Source: Octopus bimaculoides
Taxonomy: Eukaryota
Reading direction: 5' to 3'
Length of the DNA: 64,000 bases
NCBI RefSeq assembly: GCF_001194135.2
Contig: NC_069004.1
Location: forward strand, 14,783,991 to 14,847,990
Part shown: piece after piece, positions 39,590 to 53,204 of the stretch
Position numbering within the stretch: position 1 is the stretch's first letter
Layout: the number at the start of each line of letters is the position of its first letter
Position numbers and translations under genes: made by a program
Notes under the pieces: model-generated
Database searches by the model: none
Told to the model about the DNA's origin: nothing
The model's input: the letters and a program-made list of their open reading frames with translations, nothing else

Positions 39590-40065
39590 ATAGGAGAAAA
39601 TTCAGAGAATTATTACCTCAGTTGGTAATGAAAGGCCTCTCTCAGAGTGAAATGCAGATTGTATGATACTTGTGTACAAACTGCAATGGGCTGTGAATGC
39701 AGAGGATGTGTAAAAATTATAAAAGAAATGAAGCTAACATGTTCCACTGGATGTGTAAATGTCAGTGCATGTATAACAAAGTACAAATGTGTTGAGAGAA
39801 AAATTGGACATAAGAGGTGTCAGATATGGTATGTAGGTGTGAAGTCTCTGATGGTATGGTCATGTGATGCAGATAAAGAAGTGCTATATAAAGCTGTATA
39901 AAGAAGTGTTGATTGCTAACCATGGATGGATCCTGTACAAGAGGGAGATGCAGGAAAATGCGAGATGCAGTAATGAAAATTGAACTCAAAACGTTGAACC
40001 TCATGGAGGAGATGACAAAGGACTGAAATGAATGGGTATATGCTGTGCTTCAGAATACCCATCCA
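39590..40065 (+). mobile_element. RTE-clade LINE ORF2 C-terminal remnant
   Basis: Same family as 17380-17660 (ttgagagaaaaattggacataagagg, tggtatggtcatgtgatg); frameshifted. Confidence 0.7.
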
Positions 40066-40424
40066 TCTCAGCAAAAATAAGGTCTTGTCAAGCTTCCCCC
40101 CACAACTCATCTTCTAACACCCATCCCTTCTTCAATCTTCTGTGGTACTACACGCTCAGGTACTGTCAATGATATCATTTATCCCTCTACTCTTCACATT
40201 GTATCCCTAATGCTGTCCCTTATCACATCCTCCTCCTCCTCGACCCACTCCTATATCCTTTATTTTCCCTCCCCCAAACTGATATTCATTGCCACGCTAT
40301 GGTGCCACGCTCTTTTCACTCTAGCACACTTAGCTACCTACCACTTTTTTTGTGTCACTATCCATTTCTGTCTTTCATATTCACCTTGTAACTTCACATC
40401 TCTGTTTGTCTGTCTGTCTCTCTG

Positions 40425-40472
<48 letters not shown>

Positions 40473-40844
40473 ATGACGGAGAAGTCATGTATTCACCTCT
40501 TCAGCAAGATGCTCATTCATGTCCTTCTCTCATATGTTCACACCCCTCATTATTACACCCAGCTGGTCGAAGGGTCTTGTCTTGTCTTGTGACCTCACTA
40601 GTGTTGGTGCCACCAAAACAAAAGCACTCAGTACACTCCCTAAAGTGGTTTCCATTCGGAGAAACATCCAGCTATAAAAGCCATGCCAAACCAGGTATAG
40701 GAGCTCAGTACATCTCTCCAGCTCAGTGGTACTCAACCATTTTTTGCCTATGGACCACTCTGGTTCCTATTTTACATGGGTGGACACTCATAGCCAATCA
40801 GTGTTTAAAAAATCATATTATTATATTTTTTTAATTAAATATTA

Positions 40845-41041
40845 TTAGGTGAGCTGTATGGTAAGAAGTTTGCTTCCCAACCACATGGTTCTGGTTTCAG
40901 TTCCACAGTGTGGCATCTTGGGCAACTATCTTCTACTACAGCCCCAGGCCATTCAAAACCTTGTGAATGGATTTAGTAGACAGAAACTGAAAGAAGCCCA
41001 TCATATAATATATATATACATATTGATAGATAGATAGATAT

Positions 41042-41073
<32 letters not shown>

Positions 41074-41280
41074 TTGTGTCTGTGTTTGTCCCCCACCACC
41101 ACTTAACAACCAGTATTGGTTTGTTTACATCCTCATAACTTAGCATTTCAGCAAAAGAGACTGATAGAAGTTCCAGGCTTTAAAAAAACTAGTACTGGGC
41201 TCAGTTCATTCAAATAAAAGTTCTTCAAGGTGGTGCCCCTTCAATGGCTGCAGTCTAATGACTGAAACAGTAAAATTGGA
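40845..41280 (+). mobile_element. SINE family A
   Basis: Head/tract/tail organisation retained; other copies at 16540, 31045, 54360 (+) and 30720, 32540 (-). Confidence 0.85.
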
Positions 41281-42689
41281 GGGGGAAAAAAAATAAAAAG
41301 ATTTTAGAAACATAACCAGTTTTATTGCACATAAATTTTAACAACAAAACTCATATATGGATCTCCAAGAGTCATACAGACCCTGGATGAGAACCACTGA
41401 TCATGCTCATTAGTTCCAGGCTGGCCAACCCATTCCAGCCTGGAAAAAAAGGATGTTAAATGATAATGGTGATATCTATGTGAGTGCAAAAGTACAGTGG
41501 CTGTATTGAGTACATAGAGTTAAATTTAGTAACAATGGTGAACAACTGTTGAAAATCTAGTTGTTCTGTTGTTTATTATTAATATTATATATATATATAT
41601 TCATTCATATGTATACATTTGCATGTAGAACTCTGCGTGTGAGCAAGTGTTTATTTCTTCTTTATTTTTTCATGTTTTTCGTTTCTCTATTCCCAAGCCA
41701 TCAATTTCTTCCTAAATAATTGCTTCTAAAAAAAAAAAAAAGCACTATTGATTTTGATCTTAAATTCTTTGGTGGAATTTTGTCCGCAACAACTGTTTTC
41801 CTAAGAAATCATTTTTACTGTATGAAAAGAAAATGGAAGCAACAACAACAATAATAATAATGATAATAATAATAATAATAATCATGATGATGATAATAAA
41901 GCAGCAAGCTGACAAAAATCGTTAGCATACCGAGCAAAATGCTTAGGGGCATTTCATCCGTCTTTATGTTCAGATTCCTCCTACTTTACCTTTCATCCTT
42001 CTNNNNNNNNNNNNNNNNNNNNNNNNNNNNNNNNNNNNNNNNNNNNNNNNNNNNNNNNNNNNNNNNNNNNNNNNNNNNNNNNNNNNNNNNNNNNNNNNNN
42101 NNNNNNNNNNNNNNNNNNNNNNNNNNNNNNNNNNNNNNNNNNNNNNNNNNNNNNNNNNNNNNNNNNNNNNNNNNNNNNNNNNNNNNNNNNNNGGGGGGGG
42201 GGTCGATAAAAAAGTACCATTTGAACACTGGTGTCAATGTAATCAACTAGCCCACCCCCTTAATCTTGCTAGCCATGTTCCAAAATTTGGACGTGACTGG
42301 CCCTCGTACCGGTGGCACGTAAAAGCACCCACTACACTCTCGGAGTGGTTGGCATTAGGAAGGGCAACCAGCTGTAGAAACTCTGCCAAATCAGATTGGA
42401 GACTGGTGCAGCCTTCTGGTTCACCAGTCCTCAGTCAAATCGTCCAACCCATGCTAGCATGGAAAGCAGATGTTAAACGAAACAAACGAAATGAACGATT
42501 ATTATTATTAAGGCGGTGAGCTGGCAGAATCATTAGCACGCAGGGCGAAATGCTTACCGGTATTTCATCTGCCGCTATATTTTGAGTTCAAATTCCACCG
42601 GTGTCAATTAAATAAGTACCATAAGGACTGATTCTTGCTAATTCAGTTTATGTTCAATCTACAAAATCTGCTGAGTATCTAAGTAATGA

Positions 42690-42975
42690 TTATGCCCAAG
42701 TATTTACAGCCTTCACTAGATTTGGGCCATTTAGCTGTTACTTCATTAGCTTCCTCACCTTTCTGATGTACTCCTTCTCAATTTTTGTTTTCATTTCTAT
42801 AGTTAGTACTCTGTCAGATTCTAATACTCCTAGACTCTCCTTCGTTCAATGATTTTAATGTCTGACCATCTGGTAATTGGATGCCTTCACTGTTGAACAC
42901 CTGTCCCTTTTCCATGACCAACACTGCACACTTATCTATGCCAACTTCCATGCCTATATCTTTGTTGAAGATACA
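42690..42975 (-). mobile_element. R4/Dong-like retrotransposon, reverse-transcriptase remnant
   Basis: KDIGMEVGIDKCAVLVMEKGQVFNSEGIQLPDGQTLKSLNEG..LGVLESD...EYIRKVRKLMK.QLNGPNLVKAVNTWA, a typical R4/Dong RT C-terminal half. Confidence 0.8.
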
Positions 42976-43030
42976 CACTTATCTATGCCAAATTTCACTA
43001 TTATTATTATTATTATTATCAATAATGATG

Positions 43031-43072
<42 letters not shown>

Positions 43073-44499
43073 TTGTCAATAATAATAACAACAATAATTT
43101 CTTTATTGACTCACATGTACCTAAATATATAATGCAAAATATATCACTTAATAAGGATTATATATATATTTATATATAGTGAAGGAACAAAATAAGTAGC
43201 ACTCAACACATTTAGTTATAGCTATAAGTATTTTTTCGAATACTGTAATAATTCCTGCTGATCTAATGCTTTGATAATAATAAAGATGATGATGAAGATG
43301 AGGATGGTGATGATTTCAAGTTTTGGCAGAAGGCCAGCATTTTCAGGGATTGGGGTGAATCGATTACATTGACCCTGATGTTCAACTGGTACTTATTTTA
43401 TTGAGCCCCAAAAGGGATGAAAGGCAAAGTCAACCTCAGAAGAATTTGAACTCAGAACGTAAGGACGAAATGCCTTGAAGCACTTTGTTTGGCATACTAA
43501 CAGTTCTGCCAGCTCACCACCTTAGGAATAATAATAATAATAATTATAATCCTTTCTACTATAGGCACAAGGCCTGAAATTTGTGGGAGGGGAATAGTCA
43601 ATTACGTCAACCCTAGTACTTGACTGGTACTTATTTCATTGACCCTGAAAGGATGAAGGCTAAAGTTAACCTCAACTGCTTTTGGATTCATAATGTAAAG
43701 AGCCAGGAAAATGGCACAAAGCATTTTGTCTGATGCAGTAATGATTCTGCCTGCTCACTGCCTTGATAATAACAATAATGGTAACAGAAAACAAAGCAAA
43801 TAATTACAAACAACACAACAAAATCTAAAAATGTATAATAAAAAAAAATAGGAAGAGAAGTAGAAAAAAATGTTTAAAATTTTTTTTAAATTATTGATGA
43901 TAATATAATATCTAGCAAACATAAAAATTTTGTATTTGATGTATTGGTATAGGGAGAGAGGTGCTTTGAAAAAAGACATTTTGTATTTTTTTCAACTATA
44001 GATATAGTAAATAGCGAAATTACAAACTGTTAGATAATAAGTAATTGTTACTGATAGATGTTTATAATTGAAGTACAAGCTATGTATTAAAATTCAACAT
44101 TTAATTATATCAAATTAGAAAACTAAATAAACCTTGTAGAAATTAAATTTACAAATCAAAAATCAAAACAACAGTTAAAAAAAAAAAATAGAAAATACAT
44201 TATACTTGAAGAAATAGTTTAAAAAAAAACAAGGATGATTGGTTTTTAAGAGTAAAATACTAGATTTTTACAGAAAATGGGTTGATGAATATATCACAGC
44301 AATGACTAATCTGATTTTAGTGTGTGAGTAGATTAACACAACCACTTTGTCTTTGCACAAATGTGAGGTGTTTTTTCAGTGTGGTTAGGGCAAAATTTGA
44401 TGGTTTGCATAAAAGGAAAAGGAAGCACATTATCCCATCCTAAAATGGAAGTATTTTGAAAGATCAAAAAAATATCAACTAGATTATGACTGAGAGATA

Positions 44500-45110
44500 A
44501 TACTTTACTCAAAGTAACTACTGTCAATTTCCATCATGACCTCAAGATGACTCTGGAACCTGGTGCATGCATTCCTCACTGTGTCCTTGAGAAGATCTAT
44601 AAATACCTCCTTGACTTTGGCCACCAGCTTGGCCTTGGTTTAGCAGTTGGTCTCTTTCTCAACTACACCCCTCACAGTAATCCATAGGATTACAAACGAG
44701 AGAATCAGGAAGCGAAATACTGGGGATGGTGAAGTCATAGAAATTCTCCAGCAACCACAACTGACTCTTTCTGGGGGCACGATAAGGAGCTGAATCCTGC
44801 TGCCATGCGTATGGCCTTCTAGCAGCAACCCTCTTCAACCAGGATTTGACTAAAGTCTCCAGCAGCTTCACATAACTGTTTGAATTGAGCCTAAGGCCCA
44901 GTTCAAAGATGCAGGGATGAACTCTGGCATGCAGACACAGTGAGAACAGCTGCTGTGTCCCTTCCTGCTGGCCATGGCTTCATAGTCTCTGTTGCAGCTG
45001 TCTATGTCGCATCATACAGCCTTTCCGGTCTTCTCAGAGTATTGAGCAGCAGTCATGATATCAGTTCTTAAATTCTATAGGGCTCAGTACACTGATAAGA
45101 CAGCCTTGAA
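44500..45110 (-). mobile_element. Tc1/mariner-superfamily transposase remnant (internally deleted)
   Basis: YVKLLETLVKSWLKRVAARRPYAWQQDSAPY...NPMDY: decayed QQDSAPxH and WPPxSPDxNPxDY boxes; the 21-mer ggtgaagtcatagaaattctc also occurs at ~8443-8463. Confidence 0.8.
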
Positions 45111-45659
45111 TATATAAATAACCATTACATTTGACAGAGTAATGTGAATGCAAAAGGGTTAAACCTGGTGCAGACCCACACATTTTGCTATGTGAATAAG
45201 TTATGTACCTAATGAAACTTCAGTCACTGTCAATAAAATTATTACAGATATTAGATACACTTGTAGTTAATCTTTTAATCAGTTAGTATTTGTAGTTTTT
45301 ATGCCTATAAAAACATTCACTTTCAATTGTGAGTGCGTGTTAACTAGGTGAAAGCATAATTAAAAGACTGATTCTGGATAAATATACATTGAGAAAGAAA
45401 TAATAATAGTTGATGACTAATATCATTTTTCATTTATCTGACAAGTACAGAAGACAACTTCAGACCTGTTTCTGCTTGACTGAGCATCATCAGCAAAAAT
45501 TTAACCTCACCATAACTTGCTGAAGTAGTCACAAACGAATATCTCTTAAGTAATCATACAGAAGTCAGAAATATGTGTCTGTTAGTGTAGAAAGAGAGAA
45601 TTGTTCTGAAATTGAATAAATAATTCTGAGATACCATTCACTTTGGAAAATAATTGTTA

Positions 45660-45760
45660 AATCTGTCTGTCTGTCTATTTGTCTATCTCTATGACTGCCT
45701 GTAATCTGTCTCCTTCTCTCTGTCTCTCTCTCTGTCTCTCTCTCTCTCTCTGTCTGTCTC

Positions 45761-45791
<31 letters not shown>

Positions 45792-46187
45792 GTAACACTC
45801 TATTTGTCAATAGATTTATCTATCCATCTGTCCCCCNNNNNNNNNNNNNNNNNNNNNNNNNNNNNNNNNNNNNNNNNNNNNNNNNNNNNNNNNNNNNNNN
45901 NNNNNNNNNNNNNNNNNNNNNNNNNNNNNNNNNNNNNNNNNNNNNNNNNNNNNNNNNNNNNNNNNNNNNNNNNNNNNNNNNTGTCTGTCTCTGTCTGTCT
46001 GTCTGTCTCTGTCTGTCTGTCTGTCTCTCTCTGTCTGTCTGTCTCTCCCTCTCTCTCTGTCTGTCTGTCTCTGTCTGTCTGTCTGTCTCTGTCTGTCTGT
46101 CTGTCTGTCTCTGTCTGTCTGTCTGTCTCTGTCTGTCTCTCTCTGTCTGTCTGTCTGTCTGTCTCTCTCTGTCTGTCTGTCTGTCTC

Positions 46188-46218
<31 letters not shown>

Positions 46219-46220
46219 GT
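45660..46220. repeat. (CTGT)n/(CT)n compound microsatellite spanning a gap
   Basis: Visible tetranucleotide/dinucleotide runs. Confidence 0.9.
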
Positions 46221-46510
46221 AACACTCTATTTGTCAATAGATTTATCTATCCATCTGTCCCCCATCTATCTATCCATCCATTCCACCATCTATCCCTCCA
46301 GCCATTTATCTCTTTGTATATCTGTCTATACAGACATATATATATATATTCATTTATGTATGTGTAAAGTATACATCAGTATTTTAGTTGTTGTTTAGCT
46401 CCTGGTTAGTTCTGACTGTATTGACCTACCATCAAAGATGTTCCAAGTATGACTATAAATGGTTATTTTCAACCATTGTGTATCAAGAACTAAATTATCT
46501 ATCTAGAATA

Positions 46511-47705
46511 TACTTATGTATGTCATTCGTTCTTACATTTGTTTTAACATTTTTGCAACTTTATTTCTGTTGAAATACTCTGATTTTGTCTGACTTAACT
46601 TTTAAAATAGTGAAAAATTTAGTAAAATAACTTTGACATTATTTTACTGGTGCTTGGAACAAATTGACGTAAAATTTTGGGAGAAGATTTTAATTTAGAT
46701 CATTTTAATGTAGGAAGTTTAACCCTTTTGTTACCGTATTTCTGTTGAAATACTCTGTGTTTCTTTCAATTTATTTTAAATGTAACAAAGAATTTAGTAA
46801 AATAACTTAGTTCTCATTAAGCTAGTGTTAGGAACATAAATTGTGACTAAGGTTTGGTGGAAGATTTTAATTCAGCACTTTTGAAAACAAGACATTTGTA
46901 CTACAGAGCCAGAGGTGGTTTCAGGTGGGTTGGTATCAAAATGGTTAAGACGGGAAGAACTAGCAGTGGCTAAGGTGTCTTGATATTTATGTATCATTCA
47001 TTTTTACATCTGTTTTAACACTTTTGTTACCATATTTCTGCTGAAATGTACTGCCTTTGTTTCATTTAGCTTTCAAAATAATGAAAAATTTAGTAAAATA
47101 ATTTTGACAATATTTTGCTGATATTTGGAACAAATTAACATAAAATTTTGATGGAAGATTTTAATTTAGATTACTTCAAGATAGGAAGAATTACTGGTGG
47201 TCTGCAGTGTCTTGGAGCTTATATATCACACATTCTTACTTTTGTTCTAACATTTTTGTTACTATATTTCTATTGAAAGACACTGCCTTTGTATCACTTA
47301 ACTTTTAAAATAAAGAAAAATCTATCAAATTAGCTTTGTCATTATTTTTCTGGTATTTGAAACAAATTAATATGAAATTTTGATGGAAGATTTTAATTTA
47401 GATCACTTTAAGATAGAAAGTTTAAGACAAGAACTACCGTTTGTCTAAGGTATCAGTACTTATATATCATTCATTCTTACATCTATTTCAACACTTTTGT
47501 TATCATATATCTGTTGAAATACATTGATTTTGTTCCACTTAACTTTTAAAATAACGAAAAATTTAGTAAAATAGCTGTTATTTAGCTGGTACATGGAGCA
47601 AATTAACATAAAATTTTGATAGAATTTAATTCAAATCATTTTAAAATAGGAAGTTTGTATTGCAGACCTTTTGATGGTCTAAGATGGCTTGATATCAAAA
47701 GTGTT
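46511..47705. repeat. Tandem array of ~238-bp units related to a piggyBac-type MITE
   Basis: Unit starts at ~46511, 46985, 47222 and 47460 share ttaacattttt/gttac...ctgttgaaa...tttagtaaaata...gaagattttaatttagat. Confidence 0.75.
46723..46944. mobile_element. piggyBac-type MITE, intact
   Basis: TTAA (46719-46722) cccttttgttacc ... ggtatcaaaatgg TTAA (46945-46948). Confidence 0.8.
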
Positions 47706-47903
47706 TAGTTGCATGCACAATCTGGATCCTTTACCTGAGTCTCAAATCAAGGATCACTTATTGTGCACTTATTTTAAATATGGAGTAGTAGTGGTATGGG
47801 GTCATGCACTGTAACAGCAAATTGCTGCTTCAGTTTGTTAGGGATTTCCTCCTACTTCCAGCTGATGATGCCTTTGCATCACTCAGGCAACAACCCTCTA
47901 ACC

Positions 47904-48167
47904 CAGGGGTTTTCAAACTTTTTGACTTGCGGACCCCTTTATATTTCACGCTTTACCCTTATAAATGCATATGAAATTTATACATAAATATTTGTTTAAA
48001 ATAACATATATTTTTACATTTATTTATTTAACAGTATTTAACAAATAGGTTTATTGTCAATTAAAAGATTTCGATTAAAAAACATATATAAAATCAAATT
48101 GCCCATAAAAAGTATTTGCTGTCCACGGACCCCCTGTGGTCCGGGGACCACAGTTTGAAAACCCCTG
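47904..48167. mobile_element. hAT-type MITE (264 bp)
   Basis: Perfect 15-bp TIRs caggggttttcaaac / gtttgaaaacccctg and perfect 8-bp TSD ctctaacc (47896-47903, 48168-48175). Confidence 0.92.
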
Positions 48168-48647
48168 CTCTAACCCATGGGTCTGTTTGGGTAATTATTG
48201 CTGGTGAGGGTTTTACAAGATCAGAGCACAAATCCTCCTCAACCTTTTCTTAATCACCTTTTATGACATGCAGAGGAAATGTTGGCTCTGTTCTTTGACA
48301 TAGCGTTTCCCACACAGCACCAGAGCAATGTGAAATGAAGTGTTTTGCTCAAGAACACAACACACCACCCAGGCTGGGAATTGAAACCACAATCTATCGA
48401 TCATGTGTGCAACACCCTAACCACCAGACCTCATGTGATGGCTCACGGCCTAGTGGCTAGGGTAATCTGAAGTAAATTTGACTGTTATATCTATAGCATG
48501 ATAAGTGACTATTTGGGTTTTTACCCTTGATGGTTTGAGGCCCTGGTGTTTTTTCATAAACAACCTAACTGGTTCATGAATTTATATACTTTTCATGCAT
48601 GTGTGTGTGTGTGTGATTCCTAATTATGTTCTGTTGAAATACTTTAA

Positions 48648-49071
48648 CTCTTTAGCATTTAAACAGACCATGTCTGGCCCAAATATTCTACAGGGTGTCC
48701 ACAAAGTCTGGGTACCTGGGGATTAACACATACTTTAAGAAATTATTATTTCTTATATTTTATTGTTTATGTTATGATTTTATTTACTCCATGTACCTAC
48801 ATGGGAATTAACACATACTTTATGAAATTATTATTTCTTATATTTTATTGTTTATGTTATGATTTTATTTACTCCATGTACCCAGACTTTGTGGACACCC
48901 TGTATTTGCTTCATATTAGAAACCAGCCTGAATCCAACTTCTCATACTTAACCTAAAAAATAAACAATCACATCATTGAAATCTCAAAGCCACAACATAA
49001 TGCATGGTTAATTCAAAACAGTCTGAATGAATAAGCTTTATATTTGAGAGAGAAATCTGGATGATAAAGAG
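48648..49071. mobile_element. piggyBac-type MITE hosting a nested Tc1/mariner MITE
   Basis: TTAA-ctctttagcatt ... atgataaagag-TTAA. Confidence 0.75.
48691..48902. mobile_element. Tc1/mariner-type MITE with an 85-bp internal tandem duplication
   Basis: TA TSD; perfect 25-bp TIRs cagggtgtccacaaagtctgggtac / gtacccagactttgtggacaccctg. Confidence 0.9.
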
Positions 49072-49557
49072 TTAAACTCCTAGCCTTAAAAATCCAGTGC
49101 AGAAGGCAAACAAAATGCTTGTTAATTACATAATGCTCCCACTTCTTCAGTGTTTAGCTACTCTTGTCTGTGTTATCTATTCACAGCTACGTTCAATAAG
49201 GGCTTACCCAAGCCTAGTGAGTAGATTTGATAGGCAAAAACTGAAAGAAACCCATTGTATATATATGCATTTAAATTTATTCTTATGTATGCATCGTCTG
49301 GTCATACCAGCTCATAGCTTTCAAACGTATTATAAGTCATGGACTGGTAGTCTACTCCAATTCGGTTTGGGTACATGATGTTCATAAGCCACAAAAATGG
49401 TGAAACATCAATGTTCGTCACTCCTGGATGGGATTAGAGGTGAGTTATCTCACTTGTTCATGACTTTCAGGTGTTTTAACACCTGGTGCTTTAAAAAGCA
49501 ATCACGATCTACAGGCAAATACACAAAGGATATGCATTAAGTATGTATGATCGATAA

Positions 49558-49596
<39 letters not shown>

Positions 49597-49927
49597 AAAC
49601 ATGGACATCAAAACAATAGTGATGGTCTTTGTTTGACCAGATTATGACTTTTATGGTTTTGCCACATGTTATCCCAGTTTTAGAATAAGTGCACTGCATC
49701 GCTGCATGTTGTATGAGGTGGCTAAAAGGATTTGTGACAGGAAAAGCATTGAGTCGTAAAACACTGCCTCAGAAAAACCATCCAACCCATGACAGCATAG
49801 AGAAGTGGACAAAAAAAATTGTTGCTGATGATAGTAATGTTGAAGAGTGATTCCTTTGGTTGTTGTTGTTATCTAACCTAAGAGGGATATTTAACTTAAC
49901 AGCCTGACCATCTCATCGCTTTTTTAA

Positions 49928-50270
49928 GGCACATGGCTTAGTGGTTAGAGTGTTGGGCTTATGATCAAGAGATAGTAAGTTTGATTCCTGGACTGGGCTG
50001 TGTGTTGTGTTCTTGAGCAAGACACTTTATTTCACATTGCTCTAGTTCTCTCAGCTGTAGAAATGAGTTGTGACATCACTGGTGCCAAGCTGTATCAGCC
50101 TTTGCCTTTCCCTTGGATAACATCAGTGGTGTGGAGAGGGGAAGCTGGTATGCATGGGAAACTACTGGCCTTTCATAAACAACCTTGTCTAGATGTGTGC
50201 CTTGCATGGGAACTTTCTCGGTGCAATTCCATGGTTGTTCTTGACTGAAGGCCTTTACTCTTTACTCTTT
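49928..50270 (+). mobile_element. tRNA-derived SINE, family D
   Basis: gcacatggcttagtggttagag...ttcttgagcaagacactttatttcacattgc; homologous to 56000-56328 and 53760-54050 (+) and to 9535-9655, 20620-20795 and 48300-48430 (-). Confidence 0.8.
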
Positions 50271-50819
50271 ATGGTGCATCCAGGACCACATTATCTAACA
50301 TCTTTATTTTTAAGATTTTAGAGATAGTGTGTAATTTGAGAAAAATTTGGCTGCTATTTCTGACAATTTGCTCTACCATATCAAATGCTCCCTCTTCGAT
50401 GAAATAATTCATTTCTATAAATGATAAATGAACCAACAAAGCAAGTACTAGAGAAATAAATATTTCTTGGTAGAAGATGAGAGCGAAAAACCAAAGAGAA
50501 AGTAACGAAAAGACACAATAAATTGATAAATTTCTAACAAATTTTAACTGGAGTCTATTTTTGAAGGTTTATTTATATGGAAACTTTAAGTAACTTTAGT
50601 AAAATGAAGCCAAGCCTCTTCCCCACTGCCGTTGCTGTCAATAGTGAAGGAAATGTAGATAAAATGAAGTAGTCATCATAATGTATGACACCAGTCTGTA
50701 AAATTGATGTATTTGGTTAGAAGAAGGTTTGACTTTTTCTAAACATAGAGCCATTATGTAAGTTAATATAAATAACTGATTGATAAATTATATTGACTGT
50801 AGTGTTTGGAATCTTAGTG

Positions 50820-50898
<79 letters not shown>

Positions 50899-51214
50899 CT
50901 GTATGTGCTCAGCTGTATGAGTGCGTTTTTTTTATCAAATGCAAGTATGTGTTCAAGTGGTTAAAAAGTTTCACTTCATCATAATGTTCCTGTTTCAATC
51001 CCATATTAAGGCATCATGGGTGAGTATCTTTTTCCAAAAGGTATAGGATTGAGGATTGAGTAACACGAGATAAAGAGTGTGGGATAGCAATGAAGATTAG
51101 TAATAACAAGTGAAAGTGAGAGAGAGAATGATGGATGTTAATATTGAGTGATAAGGGTGTGATAAAGGGACAGGGAGAGAGAGAGAGAGCACTAGATAAA
51201 GGAGGGAGAAGGTA

Positions 51215-51490
51215 ATCATCATCATCATCATCATCGTTTAACGTCCGCTTTCCATGCTAGCATGGGTTGGACGATTTGACTGAGGCCTGGTGAAACCGGA
51301 TGGCAACACCAGGCTCCAGTCTGATTTGGCAGAGTTTCTACAGCTGGATGCCCTTCCTAACGCCAACCACTCAGAGAGTGTAGTGGGTGCTTTTACGTGT
51401 CACCCGCACGAAAACGGCCACGCTCGAAATGGTGTCTTTTATGTGCCACCCGCACAAGCCAGTCCAGGGGCACTGGCAACGATCTCGCTC
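51215..51490 (-). mobile_element. RTE-tail SINE (family C), young copy
   Basis: (CAT)n then cgtttaacgtccgctttccatgctagcatgggttgg...; CpGs retained; near-identical to 22482-22630 and 42290-42480. Confidence 0.85.
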
Positions 51491-52764
51491 AGATTTTATG
51501 CTAGCCTTCATTGTACAGGCAACATGGTGGAACAGAGGTAGATTAATAAAAGGTGATGGTGTGGTGAAATAATATAATAAAATAAAATTATTGTATACAG
51601 TGCTCGGGGGCACTACAACTTATCAGGAAAAGTAACCAAAACTGTATGAACAGGAAGTGCATAATAAATAGATCTTTAAAGAAAAACATGGGTGAGATGC
51701 ATGAGATGTATGGTTTGCAAGTTTCAGGAAGTTTTGAAGAATGTAGTGTCCCAACAGCTAACAACTATGCGAGTAGTTTATTTCATGCTTAAGCAATTTT
51801 GGGCCTCCAAAAGTCATGGGTTCTGCGTTGTTTTTGATTTTGTAAGCATGTCCACAATTGTTAGAGATGAATATGGAGTGACTTAATGCCATCTCTCATT
51901 ACAAAGTTGGTGTGATAGTGTGGTAGGCGAGAGAGGGGGAGTAATAGATGATAAGCAATCCTTTCTACTGGAGGCACAAGGCTTCAATAGATGATAAATA
52001 AGAGAGGTTAACTGTTGCAGGTAGAGACTTAACAAGCAAGGATAATGGATGAGAGACCTCCAAATGTTGATATAATGTCCTGACCTTCCCTACCCCCATC
52101 ATTTAATCTCGATTTTGTTTTTGCTATACTTACCTGGATGAGCAGATCTCTGTCATTATTTGTTGTGGTTCTTTTGTCATCCATTTCATGAGATTTATCA
52201 TCTTGAGGTCAGTCTTCACCACTTTGGCCTTTGTCTTCCACTTGTTTTATCTGTTTTGGTATGAAACTGTTAGATAGGATTACGATCCCATGTCCAAGTG
52301 GTGGCTTTAAATTGGGCTGTGAGTTAATTAGGTTTACCACCCAAGGTCCAAGTAGTAATATTGGTTTCAGATTTTGGCACAAGGCCAGTAATTTCAGGGA
52401 AAGGGGTTAAGTCAATTACATCGACCCTGAAAGGATAAAAGGTAAAGTTGACCTCAGCGGAATTTGAACTCAGAACGTACAAACAGACAAAATACCACTA
52501 AGCATTTCACCTGGCATGCTAACAGTTCAACCAGCTCACTGCCCTGAGTAGTAATATTAAAAGAGGCAATGAGCTAGGTAAAACAACCAGCCAAGGTCCA
52601 GATAGTGATGCTAAACTGGACAGTGTTTTAGACTTACCACCTTGGGACCACATGGCAGAGTTAAACCAGGTGGTATTAATGAATATTTTGTATAATTTTC
52701 ATTTTTTTAAACTTATTCCTCCATTTTTAAAAAATTTATTTTTGTGTTATTTATGTTTTTCCAG

Positions 52765-52875
52765 CATTTCTCAGAAGATGGTGAGAATGATCAAGATGAA
52801 ATCCTGTTTGAATGCCTTCCGCTATTTGTCATCAATAGCAACACTCCGGTCTTATGAACATGTGAATACAAAACG
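52765..52875 (+). CDS. Exon likely containing the start codon (ATG 52778); MVRMIKMKSCLNAFRYLSSIATLRSYEHVNTKR, mitochondrial-presequence-like
   Basis: Long pyrimidine tract ending ttttccag|, donor ACG|gtaaga, 111 nt, only one frame open throughout; 7 K/R versus 1 acidic residue in 33 aa. Confidence 0.62.
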
Positions 52876-53161
52876 GTAAGAAGAACTTCTTTTTTTCACT
52901 AACAGAAAATTCCAAACCAATTACTTTTTTGTATATTGAGCCATGCAAATGTTAAACAAAAGATGATCAGTGCTACAACTGTGGCTGTTTGTTTCCTTTT
53001 TTCAAACAAGCACAAAATAACTGTGTTAAGAACTCCACATCCGATCCAAAGGAGTTCCAGGTTTGATCTTATTGTGTGGCATTTTGAGAAACTGTTTTCT
53101 ATTATAATCTTAAATTGACCAATTTCTTATGAATTAAATTTAATACATGAAAACTGTGCAG

Positions 53162-53204
<43 letters not shown>

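Noticed and set aside
45791-46263. 46-bp exact duplication on either side of an N gap
   Set aside because: Typical of contig-end overlap at a microsatellite gap; likely an assembly artefact.
50560-50690. Minus-strand acceptor with branch point followed by an open frame (TGVIHYDDYF...)
   Set aside because: No good donor before the stop codon and no homology recognised.
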